A stretch of 45,349 nt of DNA from Thermoplasmata archaeon (lineage in GTDB: Archaea > Thermoplasmatota > Thermoplasmata > Halarchaeoplasmatales > Halarchaeoplasmataceae). Shown one piece after another: positions 1-9,396 of this stretch; the first letter of the stretch is position 1, and every line of letters starts with the position of its first letter. Where the stretch lies: the NCBI GenBank assembly GCA_019594025.1, contig JAFDUB010000002.1, forward strand, positions 1-45,349, written 5' to 3'. The notes below the pieces were generated by a model, which saw nothing but the letters and a program-made list of their open reading frames with translations, was not told where the DNA came from and searched no databases. The position numbers and the translations under genes are program-made.

Positions 1-147
1 ATCGGTTTTGTAGCTAAAGGGTTGAACCGCAGGTTCATGAGAAAAATACGGAGTATTTTGCGAGCGTTTAGAATTACGATGTATGAGTAATTCCGAACTG
101 AACCCCGCCCCCGACATCGGTTTTGTAGCTAAAGGGTTGAACCGCAG
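1..147. repeat. Pair of perfect 32-nt direct repeats at the window edge; nature unresolved (CRISPR-like, origin-box-like or att-like)
   Basis: ATCGGTTTTGTAGCTAAAGGGTTGAACCGCAG occurs identically at 1-32 and 116-147 (period 115 nt, 83-nt unique spacer). Copy 1 abuts the window start, so the unit may be longer and more copies may lie upstream. The unit has an internal 5-bp stem, CGGTT..AACCG. Confidence 0.85.
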
Positions 148-199
148 ATTGAAAAAAGACGTTACTAATATACAATATATAATAGAGGGGTACAGGAAA

Positions 200-1660
200 C
201 TAACATTTCTTTATATCTACTTTTGATCCGTCCGGGTCATAGATTATGACTTTTGCTGGATCAGGGTGTATGTCGCGCATTTTTTGGTAGTCGGTTTGGT
301 CCTGCCATGTAGATGCGTTGATGAGTAATGTGCCGTGATATTGTGTCACTTCAGTTTTGTGCATGTGCCCGGTTACGAAGATATCCGGCACTTCTTCGAT
401 TACAAGTAAATCCTCTTTTTCCGGAGCAACAGGTGTCTTTTTACCATAGACAGGTACTAGATGCCTTCTTTCCAACATCTCTTTCATAGCAGAACATGGA
501 TAATCAGAACTTACCTGAGGCAGCATGTCTGACAGGTCGTTTATGCTTCCTCCATGATAAGCGAGAATTCGTATATCGCCTATATGTATGAGAGAGGGGT
601 TACCGGAAAAAATTACGTTGCCGGGGAACAATGCCTGGACATCGTCTGGTAGCGAAGGCTGAGGTTCCATGTTACGAACTATGTCGTGATTACCGGGTAT
701 CGCTATTATATTAATTCGATCTGGAATCCGTTCCAGCATTTTTCCCAAGATACGGTATTGTTCGTAAACATCTTTGATCTCCAATTCGTCTTCCTGATTT
801 GGATATATACCTATACCGTCTATTAGGTCCCCAGCGATTATCAGGTATTTGATATCGCGAACTGTTCTATCATTTGACTCCATCCACGATAGAAAACGCT
901 CCCATTTATCCTTCAAGAAAGTAGTACTTCCGATGTGAATATCTCCTATAAAGGCAATCTTTCCATCAACTTCCTTTTTTCTGTTATTTCCATTTCTAGG
1001 AACGCTGGGCCGTATGATATCTTCTATTGAAAAGGTGGTGTCAAATTTGTCCTTTTTACCCCAAACATGTCCGATCGCGATGACGACTTCGTCCTCTAAA
1101 ATGTCTTTGTTGAAGGCTTTACTATCGGATGATATAAAACCTTTCATTTTGCCGGTAGGATCCTCTAGCGTAAGGAATTTATTACCGTTTGAGGACGTGT
1201 TGATATCTCCAACCATTGTTATCATACGTGCTTGACCCTTTCTTTTTTTCACGCTACGAATATTCATTACTCCCTTTGCTTCTCTCCGTTTACCTAGTAT
1301 AGTTTTTAACTTGTGATACCTGTTTAGAAAATAATTGGTAAAATCTTCCAGCTCACCGGTACAAGTTGAATTACCGGTTATATCTAGATCAATTCTTATT
1401 TCACTTACCGCAGGAGGATAAGAACCGACCTTTTTTTCACTCTTTTCATTGGAAGAATTTTCCGATGGTTCCACAAAGGATTCCAAGGAATCACGACCAA
1501 CTGGAAAGGGTAGTTTTTTTGAGCTTTTTACCATTTTACGAACTAAAGAAACTGGGTCCTCTACTGAATCTAAATATTCCCAAGCACCAGGTGAGAGCAA
1601 TGTATTCTTCTCTGCGAATTCTTTTAGAATGGTCTCGCGCATCCCAATCGAATCTACCAT
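200..1660 (-). CDS. DNA polymerase II (PolD) small subunit DP1
   Basis: 486-aa ORF with an ATG at 1660. It carries the calcineurin-like phosphoesterase motif series typical of archaeal DP1: FIGDIHIGS, IIAGDLIDGIG, IPGNHD, AYHGGS, VTGHMH. An N-terminal helical region and an OB-like middle part precede them. Confidence 0.9.
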   Translation of the reverse strand: MVDSIGMRETILKEFAEKNTLLSPGAWEYLDSVEDPVSLVRKMVKSSKKLPFPVGRDSLESFVEPSENSSNEKSEKKVGSYPPAVSEIRIDLDITGNSTCTGELEDFTNYFLNRYHKLKTILGKRREAKGVMNIRSVKKRKGQARMITMVGDINTSSNGNKFLTLEDPTGKMKGFISSDSKAFNKDILEDEVVIAIGHVWGKKDKFDTTFSIEDIIRPSVPRNGNNRKKEVDGKIAFIGDIHIGSTTFLKDKWERFLSWMESNDRTVRDIKYLIIAGDLIDGIGIYPNQEDELEIKDVYEQYRILGKMLERIPDRINIIAIPGNHDIVRNMEPQPSLPDDVQALFPGNVIFSGNPSLIHIGDIRILAYHGGSINDLSDMLPQVSSDYPCSAMKEMLERRHLVPVYGKKTPVAPEKEDLLVIEEVPDIFVTGHMHKTEVTQYHGTLLINASTWQDQTDYQKMRDIHPDPAKVIIYDPDGSKVDIKKC

Positions 1661-1790
1661 GGAAGATGAGGTATTAATTACTTTTTAATTAGAGTCTTAG
1701 CATATCAAAATAGATTTAGGAGTACACGAATTGATTCAAAGGGGCAAAATACTTTATACTGTCGAGAATATTACATTGGCAAATTATAGA

Positions 1791-4700
1791 ATGATAAATG
1801 TTCCAACGGTGACCTATATGACAAACCGCAGAAGCGTACCTATATGCAAGATTTTTGGGCTAGTAATCGTAACCATGCTTTTACTGGGTGTAGTAACACC
1901 CAGTATATTGTCGACTGGAGGAAGCGATTTAGAGATGGAATCATCCTCCCCGGATGATTTCTTTCCTTCCGATATAATCGGAGATACATGGTATATTGAT
2001 GAAAACGAAACTTTAGAGGGGTCTGTAGACAGGAATATATTCTCTCTAGATGCCAACATCCAGATAAATTCAACTGGTACATTATTTATCAAAGACGCCA
2101 GCTTGATACTGTTGATAGATGGATATCATCCATGGAGAATAACCGTAATGGGTGGAGGAGACTTGGTGCTTCTCAACGGTACAATCAGTACATCGTTAAG
2201 GGACGATACTCTCTTGAGACCGTTCTTGAAGACCAATATAACCGCATATCAAGACTCATCCATAACACTGCTTCAAAACTCTTCTTTCAAATTCCCAGGT
2301 TGGGTTTACCTTGAAGGTGCCACCTTAACCATGAGGGAATCTAGTTTTGACCCGTTGGAATATGTACCTGATTTTGATTATACATGGGGTGTGTCCGATA
2401 AGAGTTTGGGTATCGAGGATAACAACGATTGCCCCCGGTTGATTGCCAATGAGGGATCACACGTTCTGATGGAATCTTCACAAATCAACAATCAGTATAC
2501 AAATCTTAATTTAGGCAGTATGTTTTGGGAACCTGAAGAAATAACTGGGGACTATGATATTACTCCTGAAGGAGATTATATTATAGAGCCTCAAGGAAAT
2601 ATACAGGTGGACGTTTGGGAATTGATCAATCAAAAATTCCCGGCACCAGATATCTACCCTTATCTCAACCCCTTTGATAGGGTAAGTGCGTTATACCTTC
2701 AGGTTGTTTATCGCACCGGAGCGAATTACACGACTAATGACGGCGTGTATTACGAGACCCCATATGAGGTAAAAGAGGCCTTCACTCTTGAAAACCAAGG
2801 TGCGTTCAGCCCCGAGGGAGATAATATATACGAAACAAGCATAAATCAGTTTGGTTTCGATGAAGATAGGTTCATCAAAAATCTCACTGTTACTTTGTCC
2901 AATTCGGAAGATTCTGGCGAAACTGATACAGAGATATACATTAGAACTATTCAATTATATTCCGCCTTCGACAACGATATACACATATGGGATTCAACAA
3001 TGACTGTTATAGATAGCGTTGTAGATATTGACTTTAATCCCAGCGATGTTGACCCACGTCCAGGTGTGACACAGCCTACCGATGATGCCACTTGGATGGC
3101 AAACGCGAATCAAAATCATCGAGTAATTAGATTGCTAAGCGATTCGCATCTCAGAGGTTATGGATTACAACCTACCGATGTTGACCCTCAACCCGACGGT
3201 GATCCTATAGTGGTAACAGATGAGTCGTCAAAGGTTGAAATTTACCGATGGGCTACCATCACACCAAGGGACAAAACCGGTACCCCTATTTCAGGAGTTC
3301 TTCTTAACTACACCAGAGGAGTGGATACTTACAACAACCCGGCTAACAATCTAGAGGCTTGGGATTACCTAAATAGGACCTATAACGTAATATACGATAC
3401 CGCCACAGGGCATTATGTTACAGATGAAAGAGGTGAAACGGTAATGTTTCTATTGAGTGATAACATCACTCATCCAAATGATTGGCCAAACAGTGAGTTC
3501 ACTGGCGAATACAAGCTGAGAGCACTTTATGAAGACGAGGAAGGTGGTGTGGATAAGAACGTCACCGAACGCTCCATAAGCCTACCGGCATTCCCCAACC
3601 TTAAGGAAGAAGCAAATCATATTGAGTTGGATATGGAATTTGACATGGAGATACCACATCCTGACCTTGCGATAGAGGAAGACGACATAGTTTTCCTGGT
3701 TGAAGGGCATGAGGTGAGCTACGTAACCGTTGGAACCAATGTGACAATACAGGTTACCGTTCATAACATAGGAACACTGGAAGCTAACGACATATTGGTA
3801 CACTACTACAAACCAGGAGAAGGACCGGATGATGTCTTGCCACCAGACCTAACGCTAATAGGGAGCTCAACTATAGATAATATACAGGAAGGAGAATCGG
3901 AGGATACGAGTGTTATATGGGCACCAGAGAGTTTCGGTTCCAAAGAGATATACGTTCACGTAGATCCTCATGGAGACATAATCGAACTCAACGAAACAAA
4001 CAATATTGCATCTAAGGTTTTAACGGTGGGAGAAAAAGCCAACCTGGTAGTCGATGAGATATTCTTTGACCCGTCAGCAGAGGTTATAAACGGAACCGAC
4101 GTATACATCGCGGCAGAAGTTGCCAACATAGGTGGTACCGATGTTTACGATGTCAACGTTTCCTTTTATCATGATACGGAATACATCGATACTAGGATAA
4201 TCGATCACCTACCGGGAAATATGACATTCATGATGACGGAACCCATACATTGGGACTATCCCGGACCGGGTGAATACGATATCACCGTGATAATAGACCC
4301 GAACGAGGAGCAAGATGAACAGGATCGGGAAAATAACGAGTTAACAAGAACCATCAACATATTAACTGAACCTGACCTCCTACCGGAGGATTTTTACCTT
4401 AGTCACGAAGAGATATACGACGGAGAAGTACTTACCATAGCAACGAAGGTCAGGAATCAAGGAGAATGGCCCTCTCAGGAAACTGGTGTTACGTTCTACG
4501 TAGATTGGGGTACCGAAACGGAAAATCTCATTGGAACCGTCTATGTTCCTGCTGTTGGAGCTGGTATGGTTTCTGACGAGCTTTCCATCGAATGGGAAGC
4601 TAAACTTATAGAATCTGAGCTTAGTGAGTTCCGAACCATTACGGTGATAGTCAACGAGCCACCTCTTGAGGATAGAGAAGTGATACGGGAAAATAATTAC

Positions 4701-7700
4701 GCCAACCAAACGGTAGAAATTCTGAATCCAGCTCACCTTTCCGTGATGCCGGAAGATATTACCTTCTCCACCGAGCTCTCACAAGTGAATCAACCTATGG
4801 AGATCTTTGCAGAAGTTTATAACACCGGCGGTGAAGACGTAGAGGTAACCGTGCGCTTCTTTGTAGGCGAAACCGTTATCGGGGACGATGTCATCAACGT
4901 TGTCTCACAGGGGAGCTCCACCGCTGTAATGCCATGGACCCCAACCACAAGAGGGAATCATGAGATTACTGTGATAGTTGATCCTGATGAAGAGGTACAC
5001 GAAGTTGACCGACGTTTCAACGAGGCGACCGTAATCAAACCTATATTTAGTGAAAATTACGAGTACGACCTAATAGTCAACGATGATAACACACCTGTTA
5101 CCCGTGGAGAATACAAATCTCCAGGTTTTGTCGTTGTCGAAGAAGGAGGAGAACTCTTTGTGCGTGGTGATCGCGAGCGTGTAGCCTTCGATATGACTCA
5201 GACCAGAGATAACCAATTCAGTATTATAGTACGAGATCAAGGTAGACTGGTCATAGATAATGCTATGATATTCTCAGAGTATCATTTATCTATACTAGTA
5301 ATGGGCTCAGGATCTGTCGAGATAGTTAACAGCAGTATAACATATGAGATGGTAAAGATAGATGCACAGGACAGTGCCAATGTACACGTTCAAGGTTCAA
5401 GTATTCGAGGAGCTGTATCCATGGTTTCAGGGAGTCTGAATACCTTCAGCAGCGAATTTACCTCTACCGATATACACATCAGTCCGGATGAAATACATGC
5501 CGTGAACACTACCTTCGAGGGCAACCTAGACGATTTCCATAACACTGTCGGTTCACTAACGGCGGTTGAAACCGGTGCTATAGGGATGACAGGAGATTCA
5601 TCTATTGAGATACTCAGGTGGTTAGAGATAAAAACAGTAAGTAACAGCAGTATACCTGTCGGGGGTACTGTTGTTAGTATATCTAGCCTGATTACCGATT
5701 ACACTGTTACAGGTACCTCCAACCCGGAGGGAGTAGTTTACCTAGCTGCTTTAACGGATATATTGACTCCTGATGAAACAACTTTTGTAGGGAACTACGA
5801 AATTACCGCCCACTACGCTGAAAACGTAGAAAACTACACCTATGGACCTGAACAGATCGCTTTACCCAACTACCCCTCCCCGCAGCATGTCATTGAGATT
5901 ACATTAAGATTCGAGGATTTAAGGATACCTGATTTAGCTGTTTTTGACGGGGAGTTCCAATCCAACATTACAGCGGTTACGGCAGGAAGAAGAGTGAGGT
6001 TCACAGTTACAGTACATAACCTAGGGATGGCGGATGCGGAAGATGTCAACGTGCGATTTTATCTTATAGGTGAAGATGAGGACGAACTCATAGGCACGTA
6101 CAACATAAACAGAATCTCTAGTATGGAAAACCAAACAGCAACAATTCAGTGGACAGCGACCATGACCGACGAGGATATCAGAGAGGAGATAAAACAGGTA
6201 AGAGTATGGGTCGATCCTGATGTACTTCCCTTAACTGATCCGAACCTAGGTAACAATGAAGCTTTTACACAGATAACAATAAGGTCGCCACCAAGACCTG
6301 AATTCGATCTAACGGATATCATAATTAGGGCCGAGGGAAGACCTATAGAAGATGACACTGTACTGGAAAGGGACGATTTAGACATCAGCGTGCACATAAT
6401 CAACCTCGGTGGAACGATTCTGAGAAATGCCAGTATAGAATTCGACTTCGACCATGACGGCTTCATTGCTAGAAACGTTACAGACATGCCTGTTGACCAT
6501 GTTTTGAATGTTACAGAAACGTGGACTATTGATGTGACTGGAGAAGTCACTATTAGTGTTACTATAAACACAACGTACGACAACATGGTCCTAACCCGAA
6601 CTATATTTGTAGAGGAAATGGCCATGCGCTTTTTGGATGTATCAGTACCTCTCGAAGCTAAAGATATGGGTGAAACCATAACCATTTTAGGGGACCTGGT
6701 AAGAGATATCGATGATAAACCTCTCAGAGGCATGACAGTCTTTGCATACCTTATAGATGAAAACGGCAACGTAGTTGCACAAGGTGAGGAAATAACCGGA
6801 GAGGATGGTTCCTTCCTCATCTCCTTGGTCACACCGGATAGAGGTGGAGATTACAGAGTAAGGCTCACACCGGACCACCCGAGAGGCGAAGAAGCAGAAT
6901 ACACATCTCATAGCTTCGAAGTTATTGACCCAGCCGAGGGTATACCTTTGTGGATGATAGCACTAATAATAATTATCGTCGTAGCGGGTAGTCTGGTAGG
7001 TATGATCCTGTACCTGAAATACAAAGGAGAAGGAGAATGGGTGGAATGCGGCGAATGTGGTTCTACCATACCAGCCGAGTCCAATAATTGTCCGAAGTGC
7101 GGCACTGTGTTCGAGATGGATACAGTCAAGTGCAGTGAATGCGGTGAATGGATATCTGCAGATACTCCTGAATGTCCACACTGCGGAGTAGTATTCATCA
7201 CCACCGGAGAGGAAGTCGAGGATTACAGTGAATCCATGAGAAAACAGTACGCAAAATATGTGAAGAAGAACAGAAGATGGGCAGAAAAAGATCTTGGCAA
7301 ACGTTTAACCAGAGAGGAGTTCTTGGGATGGTGGAAAGAGCAGCCCAGCTATCTAACCTTCGACGAGTGGCTTGAGCAGGAAGAAGCACGAAGAAAGAAA
7401 GGCGGAGTCGAGTGTCCACAGTGTGGAGCGTTGAACAGCGTAGACGATGCCCTTTGTCAGAAATGTGGTACAACTTTAGTGCAATTTACACCCAGCAGGA
7501 AGATGGCCGCAGAGCCCGATGAAGATATCCAGCTTCTTGATCTCGACGACATTGAGAAGATGGGGGATGAAGAAGAGCCAGAAGAGGAACCGGAAGAAGA
7601 GGAACCTCCAAAACGGGTCGGCAAAACGGTTAAGAAACGACCGAAGAGGGTGGCCAAAAAGGTGAAAAAGAAGGTAGTCAATAAGCCTGAAGAAGAATAA
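1791..7700 (+). CDS. Giant acidic surface protein with beta-helix-like and CARDB repeats, a single TM helix and a cytoplasmic triple zinc-ribbon tail
   Basis: Uninterrupted ~5.9-kb ORF. The track starts at TTG 1731; ATGs at 1791 and 1818 precede the hydrophobic signal/anchor ICKIFGLVIVTMLLLGVVTPSILS, so the start is uncertain. It has two beta-helix-like segments (~2040-2340, ~5130-5600). At least six CARDB-like Ig repeats lie at ~3660-5040 and ~5930-6600, e.g. PDLAIEEDDIVF..VTVHNIGTLEANDILVHYY, ANLVVDEIFF..EVANIGGTDVYDVNVSFY, PDLAVFDGEF..VTVHNLGMADAEDVNVRFY. The TM helix IPLWMIALIIIIVVAGSLVGMILYL sits at ~6940-7015. The tail carries three CxxC..CxxC pairs. Confidence 0.85.
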   Translation: MINVPTVTYMTNRRSVPICKIFGLVIVTMLLLGVVTPSILSTGGSDLEMESSSPDDFFPSDIIGDTWYIDENETLEGSVDRNIFSLDANIQINSTGTLFIKDASLILLIDGYHPWRITVMGGGDLVLLNGTISTSLRDDTLLRPFLKTNITAYQDSSITLLQNSSFKFPGWVYLEGATLTMRESSFDPLEYVPDFDYTWGVSDKSLGIEDNNDCPRLIANEGSHVLMESSQINNQYTNLNLGSMFWEPEEITGDYDITPEGDYIIEPQGNIQVDVWELINQKFPAPDIYPYLNPFDRVSALYLQVVYRTGANYTTNDGVYYETPYEVKEAFTLENQGAFSPEGDNIYETSINQFGFDEDRFIKNLTVTLSNSEDSGETDTEIYIRTIQLYSAFDNDIHIWDSTMTVIDSVVDIDFNPSDVDPRPGVTQPTDDATWMANANQNHRVIRLLSDSHLRGYGLQPTDVDPQPDGDPIVVTDESSKVEIYRWATITPRDKTGTPISGVLLNYTRGVDTYNNPANNLEAWDYLNRTYNVIYDTATGHYVTDERGETVMFLLSDNITHPNDWPNSEFTGEYKLRALYEDEEGGVDKNVTERSISLPAFPNLKEEANHIELDMEFDMEIPHPDLAIEEDDIVFLVEGHEVSYVTVGTNVTIQVTVHNIGTLEANDILVHYYKPGEGPDDVLPPDLTLIGSSTIDNIQEGESEDTSVIWAPESFGSKEIYVHVDPHGDIIELNETNNIASKVLTVGEKANLVVDEIFFDPSAEVINGTDVYIAAEVANIGGTDVYDVNVSFYHDTEYIDTRIIDHLPGNMTFMMTEPIHWDYPGPGEYDITVIIDPNEEQDEQDRENNELTRTINILTEPDLLPEDFYLSHEEIYDGEVLTIATKVRNQGEWPSQETGVTFYVDWGTETENLIGTVYVPAVGAGMVSDELSIEWEAKLIESELSEFRTITVIVNEPPLEDREVIRENNYANQTVEILNPAHLSVMPEDITFSTELSQVNQPMEIFAEVYNTGGEDVEVTVRFFVGETVIGDDVINVVSQGSSTAVMPWTPTTRGNHEITVIVDPDEEVHEVDRRFNEATVIKPIFSENYEYDLIVNDDNTPVTRGEYKSPGFVVVEEGGELFVRGDRERVAFDMTQTRDNQFSIIVRDQGRLVIDNAMIFSEYHLSILVMGSGSVEIVNSSITYEMVKIDAQDSANVHVQGSSIRGAVSMVSGSLNTFSSEFTSTDIHISPDEIHAVNTTFEGNLDDFHNTVGSLTAVETGAIGMTGDSSIEILRWLEIKTVSNSSIPVGGTVVSISSLITDYTVTGTSNPEGVVYLAALTDILTPDETTFVGNYEITAHYAENVENYTYGPEQIALPNYPSPQHVIEITLRFEDLRIPDLAVFDGEFQSNITAVTAGRRVRFTVTVHNLGMADAEDVNVRFYLIGEDEDELIGTYNINRISSMENQTATIQWTATMTDEDIREEIKQVRVWVDPDVLPLTDPNLGNNEAFTQITIRSPPRPEFDLTDIIIRAEGRPIEDDTVLERDDLDISVHIINLGGTILRNASIEFDFDHDGFIARNVTDMPVDHVLNVTETWTIDVTGEVTISVTINTTYDNMVLTRTIFVEEMAMRFLDVSVPLEAKDMGETITILGDLVRDIDDKPLRGMTVFAYLIDENGNVVAQGEEITGEDGSFLISLVTPDRGGDYRVRLTPDHPRGEEAEYTSHSFEVIDPAEGIPLWMIALIIIIVVAGSLVGMILYLKYKGEGEWVECGECGSTIPAESNNCPKCGTVFEMDTVKCSECGEWISADTPECPHCGVVFITTGEEVEDYSESMRKQYAKYVKKNRRWAEKDLGKRLTREEFLGWWKEQPSYLTFDEWLEQEEARRKKGGVECPQCGALNSVDDALCQKCGTTLVQFTPSRKMAAEPDEDIQLLDLDDIEKMGDEEEPEEEPEEEEPPKRVGKTVKKRPKRVAKKVKKKVVNKPEEE

Positions 7701-7715
7701 AACCCCTTCCATACC

Positions 7716-7730
7716 CTTTTTTATTTTTTT
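7716..7730 (+). terminator. Oligo-T tract, putative archaeal intrinsic terminator of the giant surface-protein gene
   Basis: TTTTTTATTTTTTT lies 16-30 nt after the TAA stop at 7698-7700. Archaeal RNAP terminates at T-runs. Confidence 0.35.
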
Positions 7731-7732
7731 AC

Positions 7733-9095
7733 CTAACTTCAGTGCTAAGACCCCTTCGTTCACGGAGGGGATACAGCACGAGTTTTCCACTTTCGGCGCA
7801 CCCCCTTTTGTAGACTTAAATAGTATCTGATGCATTCAGTATTGACCGACTTAAAGGGTATTATAGAGAATCAAAGGAATAAGATCAATTAACACCTATA
7901 AATTCAAGATCAAAGAGCCAAATCAGGGTAAAGCATACAGCATGAATCAAACTGATAGACAGTATAGAAAAAGTGTTAACTTCTATCTTCATAAAATACA
8001 AGAAGAGGATGTGTGGTATATCGAGAACAAGGGTGGAAAGGATAAAACTAGGTTCCATAAAGGCAAACTTAAAAAGATTTACAGCGATGCTAGAGAACTC
8101 TTCGACCTTCCATCAGCACTCGTACAGACAGCTAGGGATTTTGCCAGGGAACAGTTCAAATCATGGAAGAATAACGATGACAACAAGCGATATCCACATT
8201 TCGACTCATTCATTGCCGTCAGGTATGATAAACGTACGATCTTTTTCAAACAGACTGATGGCCACTTCCAGTTATGGGCTAATATCGCTACTAACAACGG
8301 CAGGGTTAGAGTTCCTCTGACGAGCTGTGAGGAATACATGTCTGTACTCAAGGATGATATGGACCTATTTAAGTAGGCACATCTCATATTTGAAGACGGT
8401 GAGTTCTACCTGAACGTGATTTTTCTTCTCTGGAGATAAATTACAAGAGAAACGTAGAAGGTTCAGAGAGCTTAGAAGAGAATTAGGTAAGAAAAAGCTG
8501 TGGGGGAAACTAAGAGAGACCAAAGACCGTGAAAGCAACTATATTAAGGACATGAATCACAAAATCAGCAGGAAAACAGTTGATATAGCTGAGAAGTATG
8601 ATAATTCAGTAATCGTTATGGAGAAGCTAGAAGGGATAAGGGATAATACTGACAACTCAAAACAGCATAATTGGAAATTACACAACTGGCCGTTCGGTCA
8701 ATTACAGGAGTTCATCACCTATAAAGCTCACAATAGTTCAATTGCTGTGAGAAGAGTCCATCCAGCATATACTTCCCAAGTTTGCAGGGACTGTCTTGGT
8801 AAAACAGAGAGAGCCTCTCAAGCCAGGACAGTTTGTCAATCCTGTAAGAAGGAGTATAACGCTGACTGGCTCGGAGCCAGTAATATTGTAAGAAGATTGT
8901 TCGGCTATATGTCAAACAATCTGGGCGGCAGTGACTACTGCCCTGAACATGGTAGTGAAGAAACTAAAGGTGCCACAGGCTCCACCTTTGGTCTGACTAA
9001 AGGATTTGTGGCACAATTGCAGGTGAGCTAGCCATGAACCTCGAACTTCCTAAAAGGAAGCCTCTCCATTGAGGGAGAGGAGGATGTCACTGTAT
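7733..9095 (+). mobile_element. Decayed tnpB-only IS200/IS605-family (IS1341-like) element; boundaries approximate
   Basis: A disrupted tnpB is flanked by subterminal hairpins. The left hairpin is CCCCTTCG-TTCA-CGGAGGGG at 7751-7770. The right hairpins are CTTCC-TAAAA-GGAAG at 9046-9060 and CCTCTCC-ATTGAG-GGAGAGG at 9061-9080. No tnpA (Y1 transposase) is present. A TTAC at 7729-7732 could be a target motif, but that is speculative. Confidence 0.5.
7942..9031 (+). pseudogene. tnpB: TnpB (OrfB) RNA-guided nuclease pseudogene: in-frame TAG, frameshift and loss of the RuvC-I region
   Basis: The N-terminal ORF 7942-8376 ends at TAG. It continues in frame as AHLIFEDGEFYLNVIFLLWR and then hits TAA at 8437-8439. 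The C-terminal part resumes in another frame: LQEKRRRFRELRRELGKKKLWGKL..MNHKISRKTVDIAEKYDNSVIVMEKLEGIR..HPAYTSQVCRDCLG..CQSCKKEYNADWLGASNIVRR. That covers the RuvC-II Glu, the zinc finger and the RuvC-III Asp. The expected GIDLG-type RuvC-I segment after YLNV is absent. Confidence 0.8.
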
Positions 9096-9396
9096 TAGAA
9101 TATTATTTTTTGATTTTGGATGGAATCCTCTTTAAATTAAAAATATTGAATGAAGAAAGGTGCTCCTGCATACAGAAAAAAATGCGACCGCCCTCATTTC
9201 CTAAAATAATATGTAGACGTCTAGTTATCGACGTAAGTAGTTTACCTTTTAACAAACATATCAAGATGGGCGGTCGATTATATACTATAATACCATGGGG
9301 AAGGTTGGGTTCCGTATCTCAAGCTAAAAATTATTTGTATTCACGGTAAACTAGAACGGCTGAGAAGCCCCCAGTATTGTAACATCTAGTAATAAT

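Noticed and set aside
1-147. Calling the 32-nt repeat pair a CRISPR array
   Set aside because: Only two copies are visible, the 83-nt spacer is far outside normal CRISPR spacer lengths, and there are no cas genes in the window. I kept it as an unresolved repeat finding instead.
1014-1688. Plus-strand ORFs (73, 103 and 79 aa) inside and over the PolD DP1 gene
   Set aside because: They are antisense to a CDS with a complete DP1 motif set. They are short with no features of their own.
6146-6832. 228-aa ORF antisense to the giant surface-protein gene, plus similar antisense ORFs at 6908-7204, 39787-40380 and 41057-41419
   Set aside because: They lie wholly inside long, strongly supported CDSs on the other strand. 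Their products are low-complexity and Ser/Thr/Ile-rich, as expected for the complement of Asp/Glu-rich coding sequence. They have no start context or recognisable domains.
8374-8376. In-frame TAG in tnpB as a possible pyrrolysine or read-through codon
   Set aside because: The same frame hits TAA 60 nt later. The remainder of the protein is in another frame and the RuvC-I segment is missing. Decay explains it better than recoding, and no pyl genes are seen.
9110-9349. 79-aa plus-strand ORF in the IS-relic/pilus intergenic region
   Set aside because: It has a non-ATG start, an AT-rich low-complexity translation, no SD or TATA at an appropriate distance, and no recognisable motif.
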